The position numbers and the translations under genes were made by a program. The notes under the pieces are model-generated. The model was not told where the DNA came from and ran no database searches. It was given only the letters and a program-made list of their open reading frames with translations. Of a DNA stretch of 64,000 nt, positions 24,852 through 37,547 are shown piece after piece. The stretch is from Mustelus asterias (lineage: Eukaryota): contig NC_135809.1 in NCBI RefSeq assembly GCF_964213995.1, positions 45,694,001 through 45,758,000 on the forward strand, written 5' to 3'. Position 1 is the first letter of the stretch. Each line of letters opens with the position of its first letter.

Positions 24852-27044
24852 GAAGTCAATACAGTCTACTCTCAATCTGATGTTATTCAATTTAAATTAT
24901 GTTAATTTGAATTGAGCTCATTCAAAAATGCCTTCTATTGAAAATGTACCATTCCATTTGAAATACTGGTGAACTCACACTTCTACCTTAGGTTCTGACC
25001 GGTGAAATCTGCTGCTCAAGCTGAATTCAAGCTGGCAAGGCAGCTAACCTGCCTCTGTTACTCTGATCTCATCTTGTTGGAAGAGACAACTGAATGTGTC
25101 AAAGAATCTGTTTCTGCATCATGGATCAGATCCTGCACTTAAAACACCATTACAGAGTCCAAGTCCAGATCCACACTCCCATGTTCCCAAAAAAAAGCAT
25201 TGGCAATTGGGGCCCATGTTAAAACTTGCTGGTGATTTCGAAATTTCAAATGCCCCGATGTTACTCTGAACATAATCTGCAAAAACAACAAAATGGGGGG
25301 AATGGCTTGTGCCATTTACACAAGAGTGGCTGGCTCACATTGCCCGAAGCATGGCATCACAAGGCTGATAGCTGAGGACTCGTGTAAAGTAACGGTGAAC
25401 AGGATCCAAAGTAAATTCACCTCACCAGCATGGAAGCAAACTACATAGGTTAGGATCTCACACAGATATCCACAGCTGGCTCTGACCATAGTGCCTCCCA
25501 GCACTCCTGAGATCTGAATGTTTGTCTGGTGGTGAAAAGGAGATTCCAATGGCCAGATTGACAATGGAAGTGAATGATGTCTGGCAGAATACTTCCATTA
25601 GTGAGAGTAAAGAGCCCCAGGGAGAGAATCCAGTAAGCCTGGGTTGGGGAAGCTGCCTTCAATATGCCCATGACATCCAATTTTGTGAGCTTGCTGATAA
25701 GTGGCTGATAATTAAACAGGATGTCTTTGCTGAACTTCCTCTGCTGTAAGTACTTTGTGGATGAATGTGCTTTCAGCAGGAAGCTAACCACAATCTTAGA
25801 GCAGTTTCTGAAGTGACTGAACCTTGTGTTGCACAGCTTGTACGTAGCACTCAAAATTTAGTCACATGCTTCCTAATTGCTTTGATGTTTCTCTGTGTTG
25901 TTTGATTACAATTGCTTACTGTTGGAAAAGCCAAATATTCATTGAGCAAAAAGTGATATCTGAATGAACAGACTGCATGTTGCTGGTAGGTATCCCAGCC
26001 AGCAAGTATCACTGAATATTCTGATTGTAAATATCAAATACTAAATTTCAGAAATATTTTTTCCACAGTGGCAGATGTTCCACAAGATGACTCAGATTTA
26101 AGAGTCTCAGGCTAAACTTCAAAAGTACTTGATCAGCTGAAAAGTAAGTTTGGACATCCTGGGGTCACGAAAGGTGTTAAAGTCTTTCCTGCTATTTCAA
26201 AAGTTCTTCCTATTCCAGCAATTGATTTTCACAAATGTTCTGAATGGATATTGCTGTCAGAAATTTATGGCTTAAATTTGGAATTTTATCCACAGAAGCA
26301 ATTCCTCTACTTGGTGTTTTTTTTAAAGTAAAAGTTTATTTATTAGTCACAAGTAGGCTTACAGTCACACTGTAATGAAGTTACCGTGAAAAACCCATTT
26401 GAAAACCACCTTTGAAATAGTCACATGGTGTTTCCATTGGGATTTCTCCCACCCCCCCCACCCTGCCCCCCGAAAATTAATTCCAGGCAAATTTTTTTTT
26501 GTCTGGTTACTCTTCCAGAAGTAAAGACTTTCTGAAGTATATACTCATGTCTCATTACATAGTATCCTTGTTCGAGACATCCTGCAGCACTTGTACAGTC
26601 AGTTCATTACAATCAATCTTGTGGGAGAAAAGTGTAACTGTCAGTTTGCAGGATCAAACAACCAGGAATTAGGTGGGTGATCAGTTAGTCTGTTTTTCAT
26701 ATTGGTTGAGGTAGGAATGTTGACCAAGACACTATCTTCTTTGAAATTGCTGGGAAACCTTTAATCTCGGAACAGGGAGACATGATTTCCAAACCTCTGG
26801 AAATAGAGCACTGGACAGAACATTCGCTATCACAAAATAGACAAAGTGCGCTTTCATCATGTACAAAAACATGAATTGTATGCACGATATCTGGTATGTA
26901 GTATTCTCAGGTTGAGCAGGTTCACTTGTCACCATAATTTGCTCACCTGAAAGGTCATGGACGTCTGATCTTCAGATAAGGGGCGAATATCCACTCTGTG
27001 ATATGTTGGTAATTAAGGTATAATCTATAATCTGGATTTATGCC

Positions 27045-27131
27045 AAAAAATTAAACCAATTAATCAAGTTGGATACTATTCCAACTTCTTGTTGGAATAG
27101 TATCCAACTTGATTAATTGGTTTAATTTTTT
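27045..27131. repeat. Perfect 41-bp inverted repeat with 5-nt loop
   Basis: AAAAAATTAAACCAATTAATCAAGTTGGATACTATTCCAAC-ttctt-exact reverse complement. Confidence 0.97.
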
Positions 27132-27523
27132 TAAAACAATGTACACCTTGCAATGCCCCTTACAAAATATTCAAAGATGCAATGGTTACTAACCATCTTA
27201 ATAACACTGAACTTAAACAAATACTCTTAACTTCTATGTTAGATTGAACTCACTCTGATGGACTTCGAAATGTTTGATCTTTCATGTGCAGCACGGAAAC
27301 ACCATCAATCTAGATTTAGCCTGAGCTATTAACCCCTTCACTGGACCAATGGCTCTTAAAGTGAAGGCCCTCACTTTTTTTCATTTCATTTTCTTCACTG
27401 AATTCTGGAGTAAACACTTGTGGACTATGAATGGACATCGTGGTCAGCTTGACCAATGGAATAACCGTTCAAGGGCAACAAAAATAAAATAAAATAATCA
27501 GCAATGAGCATCTCCACCAGGAC

Positions 27524-27639
27524 TGGCGTGGCCACAGTAAGAAATCTCACACCCGATGAAGGAGCAGGGTTCCGAAAGCTCGTGATTCCAAATAAACCTA
27601 TTGGACTTTAACCTGGTGTTGTGAGACTTCTTACTGTGC
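27524..27639. mobile_element. 116-bp mini-Penelope with hammerhead remnant
   Basis: 15-bp TSD CATCTCCACCAGGAC (27509-27523, 27640-27654); CCGATGA..GAAAGCTCGTG at 27550-27584. Confidence 0.82.
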
Positions 27640-27856
27640 CATCTCCACCAGGACATGTCATGACACCCAATCATGTTCTGGTTGGAGAGCAGGGGTAGAT
27701 CCAGCATACCAGGCTGCATGAAGCAACATCCTCAGCAATCATTCTGATGAAGCCAAAGTACCAGCTGGACAAGAACCTGGAAACTACGCTACAGTGAGCT
27801 GTGTCTGCTAAATTCATATCAGAATTCCACACTTTGGGGAAGGAAAGAATGCAGAA

Positions 27857-28011
27857 GTTTAAAGTTTATTTATTAGTCACAAGTAGGCTTACATTAACAC
27901 TGCAATGAAGTTACTGTGAAAATCCCCTGGTCGCCACACTCTGGCGCCTGTTTGGGTACACTGAGGGAGAATTTAGCATGGCTGATGCACCTAACCAGCA
28001 CACCTTTGGAT
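27857..28011 (-). mobile_element. V-SINE variant 3' part (alternative tail)
   Basis: Tail TTTCACAGTAACTTCATTGCAGTGTTAATGTAAGCCTACTTGTGACTAATAAATAAAC (reverse complement). Confidence 0.8.
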
Positions 28012-28899
28012 TGGTTAGGTGTATTGGCCATGAGTAAATTTATACTGAGTGGGAGATGTTTGTTAACAGATGAAGTACATTTACCTGTACTGTGCGCAAG
28101 ACATTTTCAACACATATTAATAAATGCACCTGTAACAGTGTGGTCATCGGCTCATCTGCAGCCAAGTCAGTGATTTCTATTGAACAATATTGACATTCAA
28201 ATAAAGATCAGCCTTTTCTGCTGTGTAAGATGTAATGAAAGTGACAGTATCCTAAGAGAAATTTTCCTTTTTAATACTGCAGCTAAACAGTTTGAAGAGG
28301 GTGTATCATTTAAAAAGAAAACCTTATTGATAATTTAATTTGATCCATTTTCAAGTTGCAAATGGTAATTGTTCCTGATACTATTGCGAGGGAGTTCAGC
28401 TATGCCAGGTTGATACCTGGTCAGCACTGGGCTTGTGACTGCTTGCTTATTAATGTTAATGTTTGAAATTGGGTTGAGTTATTTTTCATTCCCCACCAAT
28501 CAAATCATTAATACTTATATTTAGATTAAAATGTAGAAATGAGAGAACAAACCAATTGATTAATGTGAGTCATTACTCTTTTAATTTTAACAAGTGGTTT
28601 TGATGGTCCGGTGAGAAGAAAGGGTTCAATCATGGTTTTCCACGGCATGTTCTAGTTGCCATCTGTTGTTAGGGTTATGAACATTATCGTGGTTAATGTC
28701 TTACTTGCAGTTATTGTTCAGGTGGGTGCTGAAGCATCAATTATTTGAATGCAGCTGAGGGAAGTGCTTTCATCAACTAAACACACACTAAAGTAATAAA
28801 TGCTCCTAGATTTAGCCTGAGCTATTAACCCTTTCACTGGACCATTGGCTCTTAACGTGAAGGCCCTCACTTTTTTTCATTTCAGGTAATTCTTCATTG

Positions 28900-30120
28900 A
28901 ACATCTCCAGCTCTGACCTTGGAAAGAAAGTCATTGATGAAGCAGCTGAAGATGGTTGGCCCTTGGACACTACCCTAAGGATTTCCTGCAGTGATGTCCT
29001 GGAGCTGAGATGATTGACTTCCAACCACCACAACCATCTTCCTTTGTGCCGGTATGACTCAAGCCAGCAGAGAGTTTTCCCCGATGTTCATTGATTCCAG
29101 TTATTCTCGAGCTCCTTTATGCCACACTGGGTCAAATGCTGCCTTGATGTTAAGGGCAGTCACTTTCACCTCACCCCTGGAATTCATCTCTTTTATCCAT
29201 GTTTGGACGAAGGCTGTAATGAGGTCAGGAGCTGAATGGCCCTAGTGGAATACAAACTAAGTATCAGTGAGCAGGTTATAACTAAACAAGTGCTGCTTGA
29301 TATCGCTGGCGATGACTTCTTCCATCATTTTACTGATGATGGATTGTAGACTGATGGGGTGGTAATTGGCTGGGTTAGATTTGTCCTGCTTTAATGTACG
29401 GTAAGAAGTCTCACAACACCAGGTTAAAGTCCAACAGTTTTATTTGGTAGCACAAGCCACTGGCTATCAGAGCGCTGCCCCTTCATCAGGTGAGTGGGAA
29501 TTCTGTTCACAAACAGGGCAGATAAAGACACAAACTCAATTTACAAAATAATGGTTGGAATGCGAGTCTTTACAGGTAATCAAGTCTTAAAGGTACAGAC
29601 AATGTGAGTGGAGAGAGGGTTAAGCACAGGTTAAAGAGATGTGTATTGTCTCCAGCCAGGACAGTTAGTGAGATTTTGCAAGCCCAGTCAAGTTGTGGGG
29701 GTTACAGATAGTAATAACTACTAATAACCACTTAATGTACGGAACATACCTGGGCAATTTCCCACACTGTTGGAAGAGCTTGGCTAGGGACACAGAAACT
29801 TCTTGCACAATATTGCCGGAATATTGTCAGGACACATAGCCTTTGCAGTATCCAGTTCCTTCAGCTGTTTCTTGATGTCACATGGAATGGAGATCGAAGA
29901 CTGGCATCTAGGGCTGGAGAACTCTGGAGGAGGCCGAGATGGATCACCCACTCTGCACTTCTGGCTGAAGATTGTTGATCATTGATGATGGGGATATTTG
30001 TGGAGCCTCCTCCTCCAGTGAGTTGTTTAATTGTCCACCACCATTCACTACTGGATGTGGCAGGACTACAGAGGTTAGATCTGATCCGTTGGTTAGGGAG
30101 TTGCTTAGCTCTGTCTATTA
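28900..30120 (-). mobile_element. Zenon/CR1-like LINE fragment (resumes about 31036-31125)
   Basis: RT-region sequence similar to 23.9-24.4 kb and 49.6-50.6 kb (CATTGATGAAGCAGCTGAAGATGGTTG). Confidence 0.7.
29402..29731 (-). mobile_element. Penelope pLTR remnant
   Basis: 11-bp TSD TTAATGTACGG (29391-29401, 29732-29742); homologous to the 52755 arm; degenerate hammerhead at 29458-29492. Confidence 0.85.
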
Positions 30121-30121
30121 T

Positions 30122-31033
30122 GGGGAGGCGATGGCCTAGTGGTATTATTGCTGGACTATTAATCCAGAAACTCAGCTCATGTTTTGGGATCCAGTTTGAA
30201 TCCCACCATGGCAGATGGTGGAATTTGAATTCAATAAAACAAAATCTGGAATTAATAATGATTTCTATGATTCTATGATTCTAATAATCTACTGATGACC
30301 ATGAAACCATTGTCGATTGTCGGAAAAACCCATCTGGTTCACAAATGCCCTTTAGGGAAGGAGATTTGTCTGGTCTATATTTGACTCCAGAGTCACAGCA
30401 ATGTGGTTGACTCTCAACTGCTTGGAATACGGTGTGCAGTTCTGGTCACCCTATTATAGAAACTAAAAAGAGTGCAGAAATTATTTACTAGGATGCTACC
30501 GGGATTTGATGGTTTGGTTATAAGGAGAGACTGGATAGACTGGGACTTTTTTCTCTGGAGCGTAGGAGGCTAGGGGTGATCTTATAGCGGTCTATAAAAT
30601 AATGAGGGGCACAGATCAGCTAGATAGTCAATATCTTTTCCCAAAGGTAGGGGAGTCTAAAACCAGAAGGCATAGGTTTAAGGTGAGAGGGGAGAGATAA
30701 AGTGTCCAGAGGGGCATTCTTTTCACACAGAGGGTGGTGAGTGTCTGGAACAAGCTGCCAGAGATAGTAGTAGAGGCGTGTACAATTTTGTCTTTTAAAA
30801 AGCATTTAGACAGTTACATGGATAAGATGTGTATAGAGGGATATGGGCCAAATGCGGGCAATTGGGATTAGCTTAGGGGTTTAAAAAAAGAGCGGCATGG
30901 ACAAGCTGGGCCAAAGAGCCTGTTTCCATGCTGTAAATCTCTATGACTCTATGACTCTATGCCCTCTGGACAGGGACAACTAGGGATGGGCAATAAATGC
31001 TGGCCAGTCATGTCCCACGAATGAATAAAAAAA
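30122..31033 (+). mobile_element. tRNA-SINE (6263 family) split by a CR1 3' fragment (30422-30958)
   Basis: Head GGGAGGCGATGGCCTAGTGG; CR1 segment LEYGVQFWSPYYR with CTCTATGA tail; SINE tail resumes at about 30959. Confidence 0.82.
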
Positions 31034-31242
31034 ATTACTTGCTGCTTATGCTGTTTGGTATACAAATAGTCCTGTTTTGTAGCTTTACCAGGTTGACACC
31101 TCAGTTTCAGATGTGCCTGGTGCCCTTTGATGTGTTTTAGTTGATGCCTGACAATAGGCCAGTGATACATTGTTTAGGGTTTGGAATAGTACCAAAGTGC
31201 ATCTCTTGCTTTTCTTGGCTGTTTAATTTTGTACGTGACAAT

Positions 31243-31952
31243 GGGCAGAATTTTATTGTCCCTCATTGGTGGATGAGTGTGGCTGGGTTTGACATTCTAA
31301 AACCCAAAGTATATAGTTGGCTCAGGATCAGATGAGAGCAAGCTGATAAGTAAAGCATTTTACTTTCGAATGTCTTACTTAAGTGGCCTGAGGTTTATCC
31401 ATCTTTTCTTTCCGATATCGACCTTCCTGGCGCCTTCCTGCCTGTCCCCAACCTGTCTACAAATCTACAGGAGACCAGGATGTGGGACAGTCCACCCTTG
31501 CCCCAGTTGAGGCCCTTTTGAGGCTAGCAGGAGGAGTTCAGAGGCAGGGCAAGCCAATCAGACCACCCTTTCCATAGCAGGAACTCCCACCCACTTCTCT
31601 AACACTCTGGCCCCATGGAGGCTCCCTTCCCATCCCCACAACCCCTCCATCAAGAGCCACCCCTTCCCCCCTCACTCTTATTTCCCCGCTGCAAGACCCT
31701 GCTGCACTCACCTGGCCCTGAACTCCAGGACTTAGAATGTGGGGACTGCTTGTACTCTCAGTCCTGGGTCGCTGCTGCCCCTAGTCTTGCTGGGACTGCA
31801 GAGCAGAAGTGCAGCCAGATTGGCAGCCAGCTCTCTGAGACTGGACTTCCAGCTGATTGAAGGGTAGAGGTCTCGTATCCTGTCAGACTGCTGCAGGACC
31901 GCTGGGATTGGGAGGGATGCATTCCCCTAGTGCCGGGGCGGAAAACCTGGCC
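31243..31952. mobile_element. Harbinger-type MITE
   Basis: Ends GGGCAGAATTTT / GGAAAACCTGGCC; GC-rich non-coding body. Confidence 0.5.
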
Positions 31953-32738
31953 ATCCAAAAAATCCTTTTACAAATACGCTCTCTTTGAAAATCTATTGAT
32001 GTTAAAAGTGCAACTGTGTAATTGAAAAAAACATGTGGCCCATATTTTGCATATAGGGAAACAGAAAAATCATTTGTGGTGATTTCACATTATGGTGTCA
32101 ATGTTAAACTTTCCATTTACTAATGTGTTAGGTTTTATATCTCATTGTTTATCACATGCTGCCTTTATAGCCTACTGTTTGCCCAGGAATAAGGCTCTGC
32201 AGCTTAACATTAATTCCAACCACTCTAATTCTCCCTTCAGTAGCATATAGTCTCCATCTCACACTCTTGCATCTCTCTTGACCCAGTTGTAAGCTAAAAG
32301 CACCTCAGGATGGGGTCAGAACCTCACACTGAAAAATGTAGCATCATGAACATTGCACAATGCTTCACCTCAACTCAAGTGCAGAAATTGACATGACAGC
32401 TTGGGTCCACTGTATGCGCACATGTTTATAATTTAATGTTGCTACTCATAAAATAAAGCCTTCAAACAGCTCATAAACCAATAGGTTAATTCTCAACCAC
32501 AAATATTTCTCACCAGACATCTCACAAATACAAAAATGGATATGAAAGCGGAGGAGTGGCTCCCCTTGTAACATCTTAAGGATACATTTGATGGTTGTTT
32601 TTGACTTCACTAATAAGGCAGCATGAGGTTACACTTAGCACTGGTTCTGCACTGCTTAAGAAATGGTTAGTTTGTTGGTAGCATCATTGGTGATGCCTGG
32701 ACCATTACAAAGCCTTACCCTTGCTGTTTGGGTAACAG

Positions 32739-33005
32739 GTGGCACGGTGGCAAAGTTAGCACTGCTGCGTCACAACGCTAGGGACCTGGCTTCAATTCCT
32801 GGCTTGGGTCACTATCCATGTGGAGTTTGCACGTTCTCTCCATATCTGCGTGCGTTTCCTCCGGATGCTATGGTTTCCTCCCAAAGTCTGAAAGACATGC
32901 TGGTTAGGTGCATTGACCCGAACAGGTGCCGGAGTGTGGCAACTAGGGGAATTTCACAGTAACTTCATTGCAGCGATAATGTAAGCTTGTGATTAATAAA
33001 TAAAA
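32739..33005 (+). mobile_element. V-SINE variant (HE1-like head, alternative tail)
   Basis: HE1 head and V-domain followed by TTTCACAGTAACTTCATTGCAG...AATAAATAAA. Confidence 0.85.
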
Positions 33006-33166
33006 ACATTAAATTATAAACATGAGTGCATACAGTGGATCCAAGTTGGCAAGTCAATTTCTTAGCTTTTTCTGAGGGAAAATGATATTATTCTAGGTCA
33101 GTATCCCCCTCTTAGTTTTCTTGTTTATTCCTTAATTATCTCTTTAGCTTGCACCTGATAGACAAG

Positions 33167-33292
33167 GGGAGGAATTTTCCCATCCATCCCACCACAGAAA
33201 TCATAGCAGGTAGTGAGCGGACTTTGCAAAGGTCCGGTGACCTTGGGCAGGATTTTCCGGTCTTGAGCAAGCACAGTCGGAAAATCCCGCCC
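33167..33292. mobile_element. 126-bp Harbinger-type MITE
   Basis: TIRs GGGAGGAATTTTCC / GGAAAATCCCGCCC. Confidence 0.65.
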
Positions 33293-33684
33293 AAAGAATT
33301 CCCACGCATTCAAGGTAGCTCAGAAGATGGAAACCACATTGAGATATCCATTTCCGCTTAAAGTGGTGCACATTAACTTGAAAAATCTAATTTCAGTGCT
33401 TAGCATTATTGGCAATTCACTGCTTCATGACCAGTACACATCATGTTCCACATCCTCACCACAGCTTTGTGCAAGTGTTATGGAGTATATTCCTGTTGCC
33501 TCAAGTACAGGATAACCCAACACTCTCACCTCCCACAACAAACACATTCAGAAATGAAAATATATCAACTGCAACACGGCAGAACCTCCCACATCTTCCA
33601 GACTGAAAAAGAGGACTTACAAACTTTCTTCTATTACTATTAATGAAACTCAAAACCCAGTATCAAGAAGTCAATACAAAACCC

Positions 33685-34188
33685 TCTCACTAACTTTTAC
33701 AGATGCACCATAGAAAGCATTCTTTCTGGTTGTGTCACAGTTTGGTATGGCTCCTGCTCTGACCAAGACCGCAAGAAATTATAAAGGGCCATAAACGAAG
33801 CCCAGTCCATCACTCAAACCAGCCTCCCATCCATTGACTCTGTCTACACTTCCTGCTACCTTGGAAAAGCAGCCTGCATAATTAAGGACCCCATGCACCC
33901 CGGGCATACTCTCTTCCACCTTCTTCCGTCGGGAAAAAGATACAAAAGCCTGAGATCACGTACCAACCAACTCAAAAGCAGCTTCTTCCCTGCTGCTATC
34001 AGACTTTTGAATGGACATACCTCACGCTAAGATGATCTTTCTCTACACCCTAGCTATGACTGTAACCCTACATTCCGCACTCTCTCGTTTCCTTCTCTAT
34101 GAACGGTATGCTTTGTCTGTATAGCACACAAGAAACAATACAATACTGTATACTAATACATGTGACAATAATAAATCAAATCAAAAAT
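33685..34188 (+). mobile_element. Rex1/Babar-like LINE 3' end
   Basis: LTNFYRCTIESILSGCVTVWYG peptide; tail AATAAATCAAATCAAA. Shorter copies at about 54231-54430 (+) and 50192-50380 (-). Confidence 0.85.
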
Positions 34189-35049
34189 CATCTCCACAAT
34201 ACAGCTTCATAACAGTTATTCATTTATTGACAGGAGGTGAAAATACAAAAATACATCATATTGAGAAATGCCATATCGAAACTGGCCTATTTTTGTAAGG
34301 GAGCCATAGCTTAATTTGCTTTTTTCCAAATTAATGGGCTTTTTAGGATTTTTGGAGGCTTAAGTCTGCTACAATAAGACCACATCTGAGTTATCGTCCA
34401 AAAGAAGTTCCAGTTTCCTTTAAGGCTACCGGAAGTCTGATCAGCCTGGATAATTAAAGACGCAACGATACAGCTCAGCCAAATAATTACCACCGCTGTG
34501 TGTGTGGCCCTACAGGGAGGCATCCCTGCGATGGACACAATATTCAGGAGGTTTTATTTATTGTACAGCTACTGTAAGTTGATGTTATTTTGCTTGCATA
34601 CTGATCTCTTTAGCACTTTGAAGGTTCAATCAGGGCTTTTGCGACTAATTTCATTCAGCTAGAATACTGCCCAGCATGGTGAATGCAAATTAACTCAAAG
34701 AAATGTCTCTTTTCATTCTATGGAGGAGGAGGAAGAGGGGGAAACGGGGGATATGAAAGAAAAAGCAGATTCGAGGCTTCTAGAGTGAGGCTTTGTTCCC
34801 TCTAAGATCCGTGGCCACACAAGCATTTCAGAAAATCTCACCTGTTGGACAGAATTTTACCACTTTGCCACGCATGGCGCAAATAACTGCGAGCTGGGAA
34901 AATTGCGTGCAAGGCCAAAAATCTGATTTACGCCCAGCGCCAAACAGTTTGCGATCTTCCCAGCCCCTTTCGAATGGCGCAAACCGCAAACCTTATTAGC
35001 ATGAGATTGACTGGATTTCAATATCTTTAGCGCGCTCGGCATGCAAACT

Positions 35050-35450
35050 TCCGCCCTCCTAAAGGCTTCCCACCAGGTTAGAGGACATCAGAGATGGAGG
35101 CCCCACCACTACAGTACCCGCACGTCCTTCGATGGGCTGCTGGATGCCATGTGCCGCCGCAGGGTGCATCTCAGCAGGGTGACAGCGTGGCACCTCATGG
35201 GGCAGGAGGACACCTGCTCCTGGGGGCCACGAAGGTCATGGCTGTCCTCAATTTTTATGCCTCTGGGTCCTTCCAGGGCTTGAGTGGCGGCTTCTGCGGC
35301 ATCTTGCGATCATCGACCCACAAGCGCATCCCTGAGGTCATGGATGTCCTGTATCTCCCCGGGCAGGCAATACATCCACCTTGACGTGGGCCAGACCCAA
35401 CAGTGTGCCCCGGCTGCAGGCTCCGCTGCCATTGCTAGCCCAGGCTCCAA
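35050..35450 (+). pseudogene. Harbinger (HARBI1-like) transposase N-terminal remnant
   Basis: KVMAVLNFYASGSFQG..CGI..SSTHKRIPEVMDVLY helix-turn-helix region; frameshifted, catalytic part missing. Confidence 0.8.
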
Positions 35451-35465
35451 TGGGTGATGGGGATG

Positions 35466-37225
35466 TCATCGCAGGCTGTCTGTCACTGTGAGCATGCATG
35501 GCCCCTCACTACTGGGACTGCTTGGGGGCCAGCGGGGACTGGAGTAGAGGAGCTCAGACTGCTGAGATGCACCAGTGTCAGGAAAGGGGAATGCGGAAGG
35601 ACTGGGGCAGGCTGGGGTCTCCTGGGTGGAAGGCCCCGGTCTGGGCTCCAGTGATTCCTCTTCCCTCAGGGTGCTGATGAGCCTCTGGGACACTCCATGG
35701 GATGGAGGGGCAGCTGGGGTGAGCTCCAGAAGCTGCTGCATCACCTGGAGCTGCCAGTCCTCAAGGCTCAACTGCGCCTGCACCGTGGTGTACAGGCTCT
35801 CAGCGATAGCCCTCTGGGTCTGGACCAAGCTCTGGAGCCCCTCAGCAATTGCCTGCTGAAACTGGGCCAAGCTTGCGAGGCCCGCAGCCATGGCCCTCTC
35901 TATCTCGAGCATGTTCCCACGGCCCTCAGCTATGATCTTCTGTATCTCAAGCATGCTCCCATAGCCCTCAGCCTTGGCCCTCTGTATCTTGAGCATGCTT
36001 CCACGGCCTTCAGCCATGGCCCTCTGTATCTCGAACATGCTCCCATGGCCCTCAGCCATGGTCTTCAGTGACTCAGCCGTGCCCTGGACCCTACCACTTA
36101 TGGCTACCATTTCTACTGCGGTCGCCACCCTTGCAGTGTTGGTCTGGGTACCATACAATACTGGCACCACCTCCTGTGACTGAAGGCTGTGGAACTCCAG
36201 CCGTAATGTTGCTGATACCCGTCCTGCAATCCCATCTCTGCTTCTGCATCTCCAGCAGCCTATGGAGAACTGTTCCCAGCGACTCGGCACCTGGCTAGGG
36301 GCCAGCTATCTCCTCGTCTCTGGCAGACTTCCGACTGCCCAATCCCTCAGTCATTCCCGCTTCCATCTGATATGCATCAACGGCTGTATGTGCTCGCCAG
36401 AAAGTGCCCCAGACACCTTACTGCTAACGTGTTCCACTGAGGTGACTGTATCTGTGCTGGTGGATGGAGTGGCCGATGCCTGTGCCGACCGTTGGTGCTC
36501 TCCTCATGAGCTTTTCTCAGAGGCGTCGACGGAGGTTGCAGCGGGGGAACCGACTCCTGAGGGCCCGGCCTCATCAGGTTCTGCTCCTGTGGAAGAACTC
36601 ACATGGTTCAGTGCAAGGTAGGGACAAATATTTGGGCAGCTTACAACTTACTTGAGAAAAATCACCTGAATTAAGGTTTTGCGACTCCTCACTTCTGTGG
36701 TTCATGCCGATCGGTCAAGTCTCTCTCAGCTGCCTCTCTGACAGCTCAATGGCTCACTTCTTGAAGGGGCTCAGGAGAAGCAGCTCAGGGACTCTCACCG
36801 CCAGTCTTCTCCCACTCGCTTCAACTATGTGCCATCTTATCCTGCGTAGATTAAAGGGGGTGATTGAAAGGGGGGGGGGGGTGGTGACAGGTGGGATATT
36901 TTGGCACCATGCCTCAGTTGTGACACGGGGAGGCGGGGGGTTGGGTGCTGGATGGCTGCAGGGTCTTGGGGGTGCAGGGTGAGAAGGACACTTGTTGCCC
37001 GAATGAGGTTGTTCCATTTTCTTGTGACACTGGTTGCCGGTCCTCTGTGTCAGTGCGCGGGGCACTGACCGCTGCTGCCACTGCTTCCCAGGTTGCATTT
37101 CTGTCCTGACTCCTGGTTCGTCTGCCCTCTCGGGAGACCAAGATGGCCCACCTGTCCTCCACGGCGTCCAGCAGCCGTCCTAAAACTCCCTCTGTAAAAC
37201 GTGGAGCTGCTCTACGTGGTGTCAT
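35466..37225 (-). pseudogene. Harbinger Myb/SANT DNA-binding gene, multi-exon and decayed
   Basis: MTPRRAAPRFTEGVLGRLLDAVEDR..WEAVAAAVS..RTGNQCHKK from the ATG at 37225; exon 2 begins CAG|GATAAGATGGCACA (DKMAH..EKTGG); long last-exon ORF 35466..36290. Confidence 0.8.
35790..36065. repeat. 42-bp coding tandem repeat, about 6.5 copies (14-aa units)
   Basis: CAGC anchors at 35801, 35843, 35885, 35927, 35969, 36011, 36053; translates as (AMAEGxGSMLEIQR)n on the minus strand. Confidence 0.92.
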
Positions 37226-37547
37226 CTTCCTGCCGTGACTGGCTGTGAGTGCCTCGCTAGTGTTTAGATGCAGCTCGCCCTGATTAACGGCACACAGCTG
37301 CAGCCTCTTGAGCCGAGTCATGCGCCTGGAGCCTCCATGATGGCGTGTTCCACGTGACGGCTTTTTCGGTGCACAAAGTGTCGAAAGATCACGATGCGTG
37401 CGGAGGGCGTCTGAGGGACCGGTGCGATTCACTCCATCATTCTCGCCAATTTGATACTTAGAATTGTTTTTGTAAAATTCCGCCCTGAGTGCTGAATGAG
37501 CAAGAAAATGGGAGAGTTTCAAACTCATTTTTTGGGCAAATTTGAAA

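Larger units (their letters stand above)
27310..28884 (+). repeat. 79-bp dispersed direct repeat (27310-27388 and 28806-28884)
   Basis: 3 mismatches in 79 bp; flanks unrelated. Confidence 0.92.
34847..37485. mobile_element. PIF/Harbinger transposon, deleted derivative with convergent transposase and Myb/SANT genes
   Basis: TIRs GGACAGAATTTTAC / GTAAAATTCCGCCC; contains the two gene remnants listed below. Confidence 0.85.

Noticed and set aside
25316-25854. Overlapping 75-134 aa ORFs in unique sequence
   Set aside because: No recognisable domain or convincing splice sites; consistent with chance ORFs.
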